From positions 1-58,829 of the forward strand of contig CAJQHO010000007.1 of NCBI GenBank assembly GCA_905478185.1: a stretch of 58,829 nucleotides of DNA. The letters run 5' to 3'. Below are positions 1 through 8,600 of this stretch, one piece after another. The notes under the pieces are model-generated. The model saw only the letters and a program-made list of their open reading frames with translations, was not told the DNA's origin and ran no database searches. The stretch is from an uncultured Flavobacteriales bacterium. GTDB lineage: Bacteria; Bacteroidota; Bacteroidia; Flavobacteriales; BACL11. A program made the translations under genes and the position numbers. Position 1 is the first letter of the stretch. The number at the start of each line of letters is the position of its first letter.

Positions 1-262
1 TTCCATCTACTCCATTTGTTCCATCAACACCAGCAGCACCATCATTACCGTCTACTCCGTTAGTTCCATCTATTCCGTTTGTACCTGCAGGACCTGTTAA
101 TCCAATAGGACCTTGTGCACCTGTTGCACCATCATTTCCATCTACTCCATTTGTTCCATCAACACCAGCAGCACCATCATTACCGTCTACTCCGTTAGTT
201 CCATCTATTCCGTTTGTACCTGCAGGACCTGTTAATCCAATAGGACCTTGTGCACCTGTTGC
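1..262. repeat. 135-bp tandem repeat (45 codons, 15 G-X-Y triplets) in the collagen region
   Basis: Bases 1-127 are identical to 136-262; the repeat may continue past the left edge. Confidence 0.93.
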
Positions 263-724
263 TCCTGTATCTCCTGGTAATCCCTGAATACCTTGTAATC
301 CTTGCGGACCTGGTAACATTGAACCAGAAGTTTCTGCATATAATGCATAAGGAACACTTCGTAATTGTGTAGTACCCATTACAATATAACTTGTTCCTCC
401 TGTAACATCAACAGCTACTTCGATAAAGTAAGTATGGTTTCCCCAGTCTATATTACTCCAAGATCCTGACATTACTCCTCCATCTCCAATAGAAAGATTA
501 ACTAAACCTAACTCATTAGTGGTTGCAGTATGAGCTTCAGTATAGATTGCTGTACCATTAGCTACATCCTCAATAATTGAAATCTCTAAACTTATATTCT
601 GATTAGATAGAACTTGCCAACTAGCATCTCTAATTACCGTCTGGTAAGAAAATGATTGTGGGGCTTGAGCAAATAACATTACACTTAATGTTACAGTTGC
701 TAATAATGTAAATAGTTTTTTCAT
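1..724 (-). CDS. Secreted collagen-like (G-X-Y repeat) protein, truncated by the window edge
   Basis: Not in the ORF track; translated by hand from ATG at 724: MKKLFTLLATVTLSVMLFAQAPQSFSYQTVIRD...WSNIDWG...QLRSVPYALYAETSG, then uninterrupted GPQGLQGIQGLPGDTGATGAQGPIGLTGPAGTNGIDG... to position 1. Confidence 0.9.
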   Translation of the reverse strand, partial: MKKLFTLLATVTLSVMLFAQAPQSFSYQTVIRDASWQVLSNQNISLEISIIEDVANGTAIYTEAHTATTNELGLVNLSIGDGGVMSGSWSNIDWGNHTYFIEVAVDVTGGTSYIVMGTTQLRSVPYALYAETSGSMLPGPQGLQGIQGLPGDTGATGAQGPIGLTGPAGTNGIDGTNGVDGNDGAAGVDGTNGVDGNDGATGAQGPIGLTGPAGTNGIDGTNGVDGNDGAAGVDGTNGVDG

Positions 725-725
725 C

Positions 726-1193
726 TTATTTTGATTTGTTTATTTGATAAACAGATTGCTTATCTGCTATATTTATATGTAAAAAGTAATTTCCTTGTTT
801 TAAAAAGCTAAAGTCAAATTGCTTTTGGTTCTCATCATTTAATTTATCCTTAAGAACTAGCTTTCCATTAATGTCATAAACCAATATATCGGCTTTAACA
901 TTCATTTCAAGCTCTAAAATTAAAAAATTTGTAGTAGGATTAGGATAAACTTTTGTTTTAATATCGATATTCTCAACACTTGTGTTTACTTTTAAAACGC
1001 CTTGATGAAATCCTTGAGTTAAAATAGTAGTGCTATTAGTCTGTGTCTCAACTACAATCTCTCCTAAAGTATAATCCATATTTACTCCTCCATTATTGTA
1101 GGAATTACCAGAACTAGAAATAACTGAAGGTGAGGTGATTTGCCCAAAACCAATCAAAGGCAAGCAAAGTAATATAAGTAGTAGTTTTTTCAT
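726..1193 (-). CDS. Small T9SS type A sorting domain protein
   Basis: Signal peptide MKKLLLILLCLPLIGFG; VISSSG...YTLGE...LTQGFHQ domain; C-terminal VYPNPT...YDINGK...GNYFL sorting domain; stop 1 nt before the collagen gene start. Confidence 0.88.
   Translation of the reverse strand: MKKLLLILLCLPLIGFGQITSPSVISSSGNSYNNGGVNMDYTLGEIVVETQTNSTTILTQGFHQGVLKVNTSVENIDIKTKVYPNPTTNFLILELEMNVKADILVYDINGKLVLKDKLNDENQKQFDFSFLKQGNYFLHINIADKQSVYQINKSK
1170..1193 (-). repeat. Shared 5' block ATGAAAAAACTACTACTTATATTA, exact copy
   Basis: Exact 24-mer also at 1672-1695 and 2242-2265; 1 mismatch at 2906-2929; 2 mismatches at 35497-35520 (+). Confidence 0.92.
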
Positions 1194-1194
1194 T

Positions 1195-1234
1195 GTTAAT
1201 CTATTGTTTATTCTATAACTATTCTTTTCTCTAC
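1195..1234 (-). repeat. Gene-junction motifs: 27-nt 3' tail GTAGAGAAAAGAATAGTTATAGAATAA (1208-1234) and 12-nt spacer CAATAGATTAAC (1195-1206)
   Basis: Both recur exactly on the + strand, at 35785-35811 and 35773-35784. Confidence 0.9.
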
Positions 1235-1695
1235 TGTTCCATCATCATAGATGTAAAAGAGAGGTTGATTAGTGCCTTTTGTTTCTCTACCTAATAGGTC
1301 TGTTACTTTAAGGAGTTCTTTGTTTGTAGTGTGTTCTTTAATTGCAGCAGTTCCATCAATAACAGTAAACTCTCCAATCATTCCATTTGGAATATGAGGA
1401 GTGCAAACATATTCATATAGCCCTGCAACTTGAGGAATATATTGGAAAAAGGTATCTGCAGGTAATTGCCATATTTGATTAAAAGGAATTGCTCCATTAG
1501 GAATATTGTCAGATGTTATGGTATGAGTCATAGTTGGAGGGTCAAGCTGAACCCATTGTACAGTATCTCCTAATTGCACTGTAATATTGTTGAAGGTAGA
1601 AACTGATAGTAACCGTTCCACACCTGTATTTGATGTATATCTCCTTTTACATAAAAAGAAGAAAGAATAAGTAATATAAGTAGTAGTTTTTTCAT
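1208..1695 (-). pseudogene. Plastocyanin/azurin-like blue copper protein with a short sorting-like C-terminal tail; frameshifted near 1590 (pseudogene or sequencing error)
   Basis: ATG at 1695 reads MKKLLLILLILSSFYVKGDIHQIQVWNGYYQFLPS. Adding one A at about 1590 joins it to NNITVQLGDTVQW...HTIT...YEYVCTPHIPNGM (H...C-x2-H-x4-M type 1 Cu ligands) and the tail TDLLGRET...PLFYIYDDGTVEKRIVIE. Confidence 0.75.
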
Positions 1696-1702
1696 CTTAG
1701 TT
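1672..1702 (-). repeat. Shared 5' block plus upstream AACTAAG
   Basis: 31 nt identical to 2242-2272, including 7 non-coding bases. Confidence 0.92.
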
Positions 1703-1713
1703 TATTGTTTAAT

Positions 1714-2265
1714 TTATTCAATAATTATACTGTCAATTATAAGCTTGAAATTTTCATTTTTTTTATTACCAATAAGAAAAGTAATTTGTTCAATATAATC
1801 ATTATTAAAATTTTTAATATCTAATCTTCTGCCACGAAAAGATGCATACATTTCTTTTAATGGAATTATAATTTCTTCCCATTTACCTGATGTTTTGAAT
1901 GGAAGTATATATGAGTAATAATCATTTGTATTAGCTTTAATTCTCAATTGATATTCCTTTTCATCTCCTTTTATCTTTAATTTGATGCTCTTTTTGTCCT
2001 TAATATAGATTCTTTTGCAATTATACCTTACAGAAGCAAAACCACCATTATAAGCTGTAGATATTTTTCCGCCAAAAACTCCATTACTATTTTTGTTTAT
2101 GGTTAAATTACTTTTAGAGACTCCGCCCATCACATCATCATTAACAATCACCCATTCTTGTAAATTATCTTCATTATTAAAATGATAGATAACATTTTGA
2201 GAGAAAAGAAACTTTAAATTAAAAAACATTAAAAAGAAAGTTAATATAAGTAGTAGTTTTTTCAT
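1714..2265 (-). CDS. CIA30 family protein
   Basis: WVIVNDDVMGGVS, NGGFASVR, KGDEKEYQLR and FRGR motifs. Confidence 0.88.
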   Translation of the reverse strand: MKKLLLILTFFLMFFNLKFLFSQNVIYHFNNEDNLQEWVIVNDDVMGGVSKSNLTINKNSNGVFGGKISTAYNGGFASVRYNCKRIYIKDKKSIKLKIKGDEKEYQLRIKANTNDYYSYILPFKTSGKWEEIIIPLKEMYASFRGRRLDIKNFNNDYIEQITFLIGNKKNENFKLIIDSIIIE

Positions 2266-2272
2266 CTTAGTT
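2242..2272 (-). repeat. Shared 5' block plus upstream AACTAAG
   Basis: 31 nt identical to 1672-1702; ATAGATTAACA lies a few bases further upstream. Confidence 0.92.
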
Positions 2273-2425
2273 GTTTGTTAATCTATTTTTTTAATTGTTC
2301 CTTTCTTAAATGGCATAATCTATCGTTTAGTATATAATAGAAAATAGGCTCTTTTGTTTTAAAATTTGCAAGTAGTTCCAAATGATATTTCTTTAATCCA
2401 ATCGTTGAATGTGAAGTTGATGGCT

Positions 2426-2929
2426 CTAATAATAGTAATATGATTCATATATTATGGCAAGTATAAAAGCTAATAATCCAAATGCTAATCCAATAATTGA
2501 TAAAGTTTTTCTGCTATTTTTCTTAAACAATCCAATAACTCCAAGAACAAGCGCTACAGAACTAAAAATCCAAGTATATACTATTGTTGTCAATAATGCT
2601 GTTACACCAAAAACTAATGCTAAAAGTCCATAAATATCAAATCTACCACTTTCTAATTTAGAGTTATTATTACCTTTTATAATATCTTTTGTTCCATCAG
2701 AGTATCTTATCATTATTACGTCTGATTTATTAATAGAAAATAAAGGACCTTCTAAATTGTCACATTTCTTATATTTAATTAAATCTGGCGTGACTTCAAT
2801 AACTTTTGCAGAAATCTCTTTTCCGTCTTTTAAAATAATATTATCACATTCTTCAAAAAATGTATTTATTGGAAAAGATGCAAGCCCAATCATAGGCAAG
2901 CAAAGTAATATAAGTAATAGTTTTTTCAT
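2426..2929 (-). CDS. Hypothetical membrane protein (small soluble domain plus about 3 C-terminal TM helices, DUF4190-like)
   Basis: Signal MKKLLLILLCLPMIGLA; CDNIILKDGKEISAKVIEV...IKYKKC domain; hydrophobic C-terminus. Confidence 0.75.
   Translation of the reverse strand: MKKLLLILLCLPMIGLASFPINTFFEECDNIILKDGKEISAKVIEVTPDLIKYKKCDNLEGPLFSINKSDVIMIRYSDGTKDIIKGNNNSKLESGRFDIYGLLALVFGVTALLTTIVYTWIFSSVALVLGVIGLFKKNSRKTLSIIGLAFGLLAFILAIIYESYYYY
2866..2929 (-). repeat. Extended shared 5' block (64 nt)
   Basis: 59/64 nt identical to 35497-35560 (+); first 44 nt match the start of 726..1193 at 42 positions. Confidence 0.92.
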
Positions 2930-3285
2930 TGTTTATCGCCTTCCCAAGTTCCTGTAAAACCAACTGATGAATTAGTCCAAGTTCCGCTTCCAGAATTACC
3001 GCTAAGTTGTCCAACAAAATTACTCCCAAGTGTGCCAGACCCAGCTGTTGCTGAAAAAGATCCGTTAGATGTTACTGAACCACTTAAATTTTGATTATCT
3101 CCAATAGAATTAGTTGAACTTCCGTTAATATCCCCAGTTGAAGAAATTGTAGCAGCCCAAACTCCAGAATCATCACCTGAATAAGTTCCAGTCCAATTTC
3201 CAGTAAAAATATTATCTTCCTCTTCTTTCTTACAAGCTGAAAATATAATTGATACTGCTAATAATGTGTAAAGTAGTTTTTTCAT
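2926..3285 (-). CDS. Hypothetical lipoprotein, Gly/Ser/Thr-rich beta domain
   Basis: Lipobox IFSAC followed by KKEEED; repeated G-x-W-x-G motifs; ATGA overlap with the next gene. Confidence 0.8.
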   Translation of the reverse strand: MKKLLYTLLAVSIIFSACKKEEEDNIFTGNWTGTYSGDDSGVWAATISSTGDINGSSTNSIGDNQNLSGSVTSNGSFSATAGSGTLGSNFVGQLSGNSGSGTWTNSSVGFTGTWEGDKQ

Positions 3286-3313
3286 AATTATATGTTTTAA
3301 AGTTTTTAAAGTC

Positions 3314-3321
3314 CAAAGATA
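3314..3321 (-). promoter_or_regulatory. Bacteroidota -7 promoter box TATCTTTG heading the gene array
   Basis: Matches TAnnTTTG, 28 nt upstream of ATG 3285. Confidence 0.7.
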
Positions 3322-3472
3322 ATGATTAAAAAGTTAAATCTTCTACGAAAAACACGTAGAGGATAATTTCTTAACTATTCCCCAATTTGTCTTAGTATCA
3401 CAGATGTATTTAGCTACATACATACTAGCACTCTTTTCATAAGGCTCGTGCTTTAGGTATTTACCTATAAGG

Positions 3473-4471
3473 TTACTCATCAAGCAATTCAAACAAATCA
3501 TCTAAGTTAGGTGATAGTATCATTTCAATTCTTCTGTTAGCACTTCTTCCTTCTTTAGTTTTATTAGTTGCAATAGGAACAAATTCTGCTCTACCAGCAG
3601 CTGTTAATTGTAAAGGATCTAAACTTGGGGTTTTCAAAAGTACTTTTACAACATTGGTTGCTCGCATCACACTCAAATCCCAATTGTCTTTTACCAAACC
3701 TCTACCGCTTAATGGTATGCTATCGGTATGTCCTTCAACTAAAATTTCCAAATCCTTTTGGCTAGCAAGTGCAGTAGCTAATTTACTTAATGCGGAAACG
3801 CCTCCACTGTTTACTTCATATTTTCCACTCGCAAAAAGCAAATCTTCTTCTAAGGAAATGTACACTTTTCCGTTTTTCTGAACTACTGTAAGTCCCTCAC
3901 CCTCTAAACCAATTAATGCTTTGGAAATAGAAGATTTAAGTGCAGTAACTATCGAATCTTTTTTATTGATAATTGTTTCTAATTCTGTTACTCTAGCAGA
4001 ACGAGCATCTAATTCTTCTTGGGCTAATTTTAGCTCATCTTCCTTTGCTTCCAATGATGCTGAGAGTTTATTAAGCTCATCTTCTTTTGCAAAAAGTTCA
4101 GTTTGTGCTTGTTCCAATTGCTCCAACAATTTCTTAGTTTCTTTGGCCTTATCAGCCATATACCTACTATTCTTGGAAGTCAATAAATCATATGCATCAC
4201 TTAGCTCGCTATACTTGCTTTGTAAAGTAGTAAGTGCAATTCCGTTCTGAACAGAGTCGTTTCTCATTTCAGAAATTTGAGATTTTAAGGAAATAATAGT
4301 TCCTTCTTGCTCCTCAATAGTTCCGTTAAGTTGCAACACTTTTTTCTCCTGTGTAGTTAAAGCTGATTTAGTAGCGTCATGTTCCATAACTAAAGCATTA
4401 TATATTTTTGGAGTTACACACGAGCTTAATACCAATAATAGTGTACTAATATAAAGAATTGACTTTTGCAT
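3473..4471 (-). CDS. OmpA/MotB-family peptidoglycan-binding lipoprotein with a long coiled coil
   Basis: Lipobox LSSC; heptad-rich middle; LLFASG, VEGHTD, NWDLSVMRA and NRRIEM motifs. Confidence 0.92.
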   Translation of the reverse strand: MQKSILYISTLLLVLSSCVTPKIYNALVMEHDATKSALTTQEKKVLQLNGTIEEQEGTIISLKSQISEMRNDSVQNGIALTTLQSKYSELSDAYDLLTSKNSRYMADKAKETKKLLEQLEQAQTELFAKEDELNKLSASLEAKEDELKLAQEELDARSARVTELETIINKKDSIVTALKSSISKALIGLEGEGLTVVQKNGKVYISLEEDLLFASGKYEVNSGGVSALSKLATALASQKDLEILVEGHTDSIPLSGRGLVKDNWDLSVMRATNVVKVLLKTPSLDPLQLTAAGRAEFVPIATNKTKEGRSANRRIEMILSPNLDDLFELLDE

Positions 4472-4496
4472 AATTTAATGATTTTTAATCTGATAT

Positions 4497-4504
4497 CAAA
4501 ACTA
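4497..4504 (-). promoter_or_regulatory. -7 promoter box TAGTTTTG for the OmpA-family gene
   Basis: TAnnTTTG 25 nt upstream of ATG 4471. Confidence 0.6.
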
Positions 4505-4571
4505 CAAAAAAGGAAGCTTAGTATTTTGTTCTTATTTTTACTTTTCAACAGCAATACTTTAACTACTAAAC

Positions 4572-4597
4572 AAAAAAGCACACTAAAAAGTGTGCTT
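4572..4597 (-). terminator. Rho-independent terminator
   Basis: Stem AAGCACACT-AAAA-AGTGTGCTT with a T run on the minus strand, just after the stop at 4606. Confidence 0.8.
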
Positions 4598-4605
4598 AAT
4601 TTATC

Positions 4606-5037
4606 TTAGTATTCTAATGCCCAATACCCTTCCACCCAAAAGAACCCTCTAGGGCTTATTTCCCAAAATCCAGGTACCCACATATGATTTCGTTTAACTC
4701 TTTTCCATCTTGCTTTTTGCCAAGTATAGCTTCCGTAATAAACATTCCATTTCCAGTAACCCTCTACCCAAATATATCCAGTTCTATTATAAGTTGGTCT
4801 GTTTACAATTACTCTTGGTCTATTTGGCTTGCTAACAACTACTCTATTTCTGTTGGTTTTTACCCTAACATTTTGCCTGTTATTATGATGATTAGAGTGA
4901 TTTCCTCTATTGGTTTTTACAACAACCTTCTTATTTGTCCTTCCTTTATTTGTTTTGACTCTTACTTGTGCGCTAGCTGATACTCCTACTAAAAAGAGGG
5001 CTATAAGTAGTAGTTTGCTAAAAATTGTCTTTTTCAT
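4606..5037 (-). CDS. Secreted YXWGXW-repeat protein
   Basis: Start reassigned to ATG 5037 (MKKTIFSKLLLIALF...ASA signal); GYIWVEGYW, MWVPGFW and FWVEGYW repeats. Confidence 0.82.
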   Translation of the reverse strand: MKKTIFSKLLLIALFLVGVSASAQVRVKTNKGRTNKKVVVKTNRGNHSNHHNNRQNVRVKTNRNRVVVSKPNRPRVIVNRPTYNRTGYIWVEGYWKWNVYYGSYTWQKARWKRVKRNHMWVPGFWEISPRGFFWVEGYWALEY

Positions 5038-5097
5038 GGCTATTGTTTTTAAGATTAGTATTTTTATGACTTTAAAATTGAATGAGAATTTAAAGAT

Positions 5098-5649
5098 ATG
5101 AAAAAAATTATAAATTACTTTTTGCAAGGATTATTATACATTGTACCTATAACGGTAACTTTGTATGTTGTAGTATGGACTTTCCAAAAAATTGATGGAA
5201 TTCTACCATTTCAATTCCCTGGACTTGGTTTAATTATCATTATTTCATTAATCACAATTATTGGGTTTCTAGGATCGGCAGTTATTACTAGTCCTATCAA
5301 TGCTTTTTTTCAAAATTTATTAAAAAGAGCTCCTTTACTTAAAACTATTTATTCATCAGTAAAGGATTTGATGAACACATTTGTTGGTAATAAAAAAGGG
5401 TTTTCTGAGCCCGTATTAGTTAAAATCTATGAGAACTCAACTATTGAAAGAATAGGATTTATTACTAATGAAGATGTAGAAACGCTTAATATTGCAAAAG
5501 GAAAAGTACTCGTTTATATGCCACACTCTTATGCAATTTCAGGACAATTATTTGTGGTAGAGAAAAAGAATGTATCCCCTATTGATAAATCCTCAGCAGA
5601 GATTATGAAACTTATAGTTTCTGGGGGGGTAACCGAAATTGACAATTAA
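5098..5649 (+). CDS. DUF502 membrane protein
   Basis: FLQGLL..VPI.VT, P.LKTIYSSVKDL, VYMPHSY.ISG and MKLIVSGG motifs. Confidence 0.88.
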   Translation: MKKIINYFLQGLLYIVPITVTLYVVVWTFQKIDGILPFQFPGLGLIIIISLITIIGFLGSAVITSPINAFFQNLLKRAPLLKTIYSSVKDLMNTFVGNKKGFSEPVLVKIYENSTIERIGFITNEDVETLNIAKGKVLVYMPHSYAISGQLFVVEKKNVSPIDKSSAEIMKLIVSGGVTEIDN

Positions 5650-5658
5650 AAACATAAC

Positions 5659-8600
5659 ATGAAAAAAATATTTTACTTACTAATAGCAATATTCATCATT
5701 ATCCAAAGTTCAGCTCAAAACCCAGGGGACACCATAGTTGTGCAAACTTTTGATTATAATATGACATATGGAAGCGGGCCTTGGTCAGGAGGTGATAGGG
5801 ATACTATTGCTCATTTCCCAAATGACCCTAATCTAACCTTTGAAAAAATTATATTATCCTATAATATGAGATGTAAGGATAATGTGGTAAATACAAACGG
5901 ACAATCAAATAGCATAGGTTGTGGAGCTTGGGACTATTCTTGTCATACTTATATTCATGATTCAACAAGAATTGATTCTATTTTATCTTATCAATCAAGT
6001 CATACTGTTTCATCTTTTTCTGGAAGCGTTTATAATTATTCTTTAAATCCGGTTTATAATTTTTATCAATACCAACAGCAAACTGCTATAATAAATTCAA
6101 TAGTTTCGGAAGACACTATTCAGATAGGAAATGGTGCAGATTCCCTTGATTTTGTAATTGCAACAGAGCAAAATTCTCATAAGTCTCAGTTTTTGTACAA
6201 AGCAAATGAATTGATTGCTTTAGGATTAATAAATGACACAATCAATGCGCTTTCATTTAATGTGCTTAGCAATACTCAGGCAGCAAATTTCTTAACAATA
6301 AAATTAAAGCATACTGCCGACAGCATATTAAGTAATGTAAATCCTCATCTAAATGGATTTACGGAAGTTTATAATGCAAATACAATTCTTAATAATGGTG
6401 TTAACCGATTCCAATTTATTCATGACTTTGTTTGGGATTCAGTGTCTAATATAATAGTTGAATTCTCAATAACAAATTCAACTGCTGTAGGTACAAGCTT
6501 AATTGAAGGAGAACAAACAAATGATAACTTAGGATTGTTTTCAAATGACGCAAATTATATTACTGTAAATTCTGCTGAAAGTATTGATTTACCGGTTGCT
6601 GCAATGAGCAATATATCTGATGAGGTTACAGTTTCATTTTGGATTAATGGGAACGAGAATGTAATGCCTCAGAATACTACAATATTGGAAGCTTATGATG
6701 CAAATAATTACAGAACGTTAAATATCCACTTTCCTTGGAGTAATGGCAGGATGTATTGGGACTGTGGGAATAGCGGGACTACATCTTATGATAGAATTGA
6801 CAAAGCAGCATCATTAAGTGAATATACAGATGGATGGAGTCATTGGGCATTTACAAAAAATGCAAATACCGGAGATTTAAAAATATACAGAAATGGTGTA
6901 TTATGGCATTCAGGAACTGGTTTTACAAGAACAATAGATATAGCAACATTAAAATTAGCAAGTCAGGGTAATTCTAACGGATATTTTTGGGATGGACACA
7001 TAAAAGAGTTAAGAATATTTGACAAAGAACTATCTATGTCAACTATAAGCGAATGGTTAAATAAACGAATTGATAGTTCACATCCTGATTATACAAATTT
7101 AGTTGCTCATTATCCTTTAAATGAGGGTCAAGGGACAACATCTTTAGACAATACAACAAGTCAACAAATTGCAACTTTTAGTGGAAATGTTAATTGGGGC
7201 TATACTAGAGGAGATGAAATAGGTCAATTTTTTACAGAAGTAAATTCTCGACCAAATATTAACTTTTACCAGGGCCAGTATTCTTTAACTATTAATACTG
7301 ATGCAATATTAGATTCATTAATTGCTAGCGCAAATACTGTTACGCAATATGCAATAGAGCCCAATTATGGAACTTTACAAAATGATAGTATTGCTACTGT
7401 TTCTACTAACACTTATTGGGAGGCATTGTCTTATTTATTTGATGGAAATGGAAATGTGTTAAGTGTAGATACAACAAACATTGATGGGTCAATTTCTATT
7501 ACTGATTTAATCTATTATAAACGTTACCCAATGGCTTTTCAAATCATGTCATTTGTCACTCCATATGGTGCATATCTGGATTTAGGGATTGAAGGTAAAA
7601 CATGGTATTTTGATGTTACCGATTACGCTCCAGTTTTAAAAGGAAATAAGCAAATCACAATGGGTGGTGGTGGACAATGGCAAGAAGATATGGATATTAA
7701 ATTTTTATTTATTGTTGGGACACCTACTAGAGATGTATTAGAAATGCAACAAATATGGAGGCCGCAATCAAAAGGGTATGGATCAATTATTGATGATAAT
7801 GCTTTCGAGCCAAGAGATGTATTAATGCATCCCAATGCAACTGCCTATAAGATAAGAACTACAATAACAGGACATGGTCAAGAAGGTGAATTTATACCTC
7901 AGAATCATACAATCAATATTGATGGGGGTTCGGTTGATTATACTTGGCAAGTTTGGACTGAGTGTGCTGAAAACCCAATTTTTCCACAAGGTGGAACTTG
8001 GATTTATGATAGAGCTGGCTGGTGCCCTGGACAAGCATCTGATCTAAGAGAAGATGATATTACTTCATTAGTCACACCAGGTCAAATACATAATATAGAT
8101 TATGGGATTGTTAGCGCCACTGGGGCTTCTAATTATTGGGTAAGTTCCCAGCTAGTTAGTTATGATGAAACAAATTTTACTTTAGATGCTGCTATAGTTG
8201 ACATTTTATCCCCTACTAATAAAGTAAATTATCAGAAAGCAAACCCTATTTGCTCAAAACCAGAAATTACTATCCAGAATACAGGGAGTACTCCTATAAC
8301 ATCATTAACAATTGAGTATTGGATTAATAATGCTCCTTCTAAAGAATCATTTACATGGACGGGAATCCTTTCTTTCCTCCAAAAGGAGACTATAAAGCTC
8401 CCGGATCCAAGCTCTTTATGGGATAACATGACTATTAATAATAACTCATTTCATGTTGAAATAATAAATAGTAATGGAGGGGCAGATCAGTATATTCATA
8501 ATAACAAAATGAGTTCAACTTTTGACCCTACACCTATTTATCCTAATACTTTTGCGTTATGGTTTCAAACTAATAGTGGAGTAATTAATACCTTTACTCA

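Noticed and set aside
1208-1621. ORF-track start at 1621 (MERLLSV...)
   Set aside because: No signal peptide; the upstream ATG at 1695 with the shared block and a 1-nt frameshift explains the gene better.
1170-2929. Repeated 24-31 nt block read as a CRISPR array or a classical integron
   Set aside because: Spacing is 500-660 bp, the repeats are coding starts, there are no attC-like hairpins with GTTRRRY ends, and no cas or intI gene is present.
5002-5016. AAACTACTACTTATA (15 nt of the shared block) inside the YXWGXW gene's signal peptide
   Set aside because: It is internal rather than at the start codon, short and AT-rich. It shows that KLLLI codon preference can produce partial matches, so I did not count it as a cassette copy.
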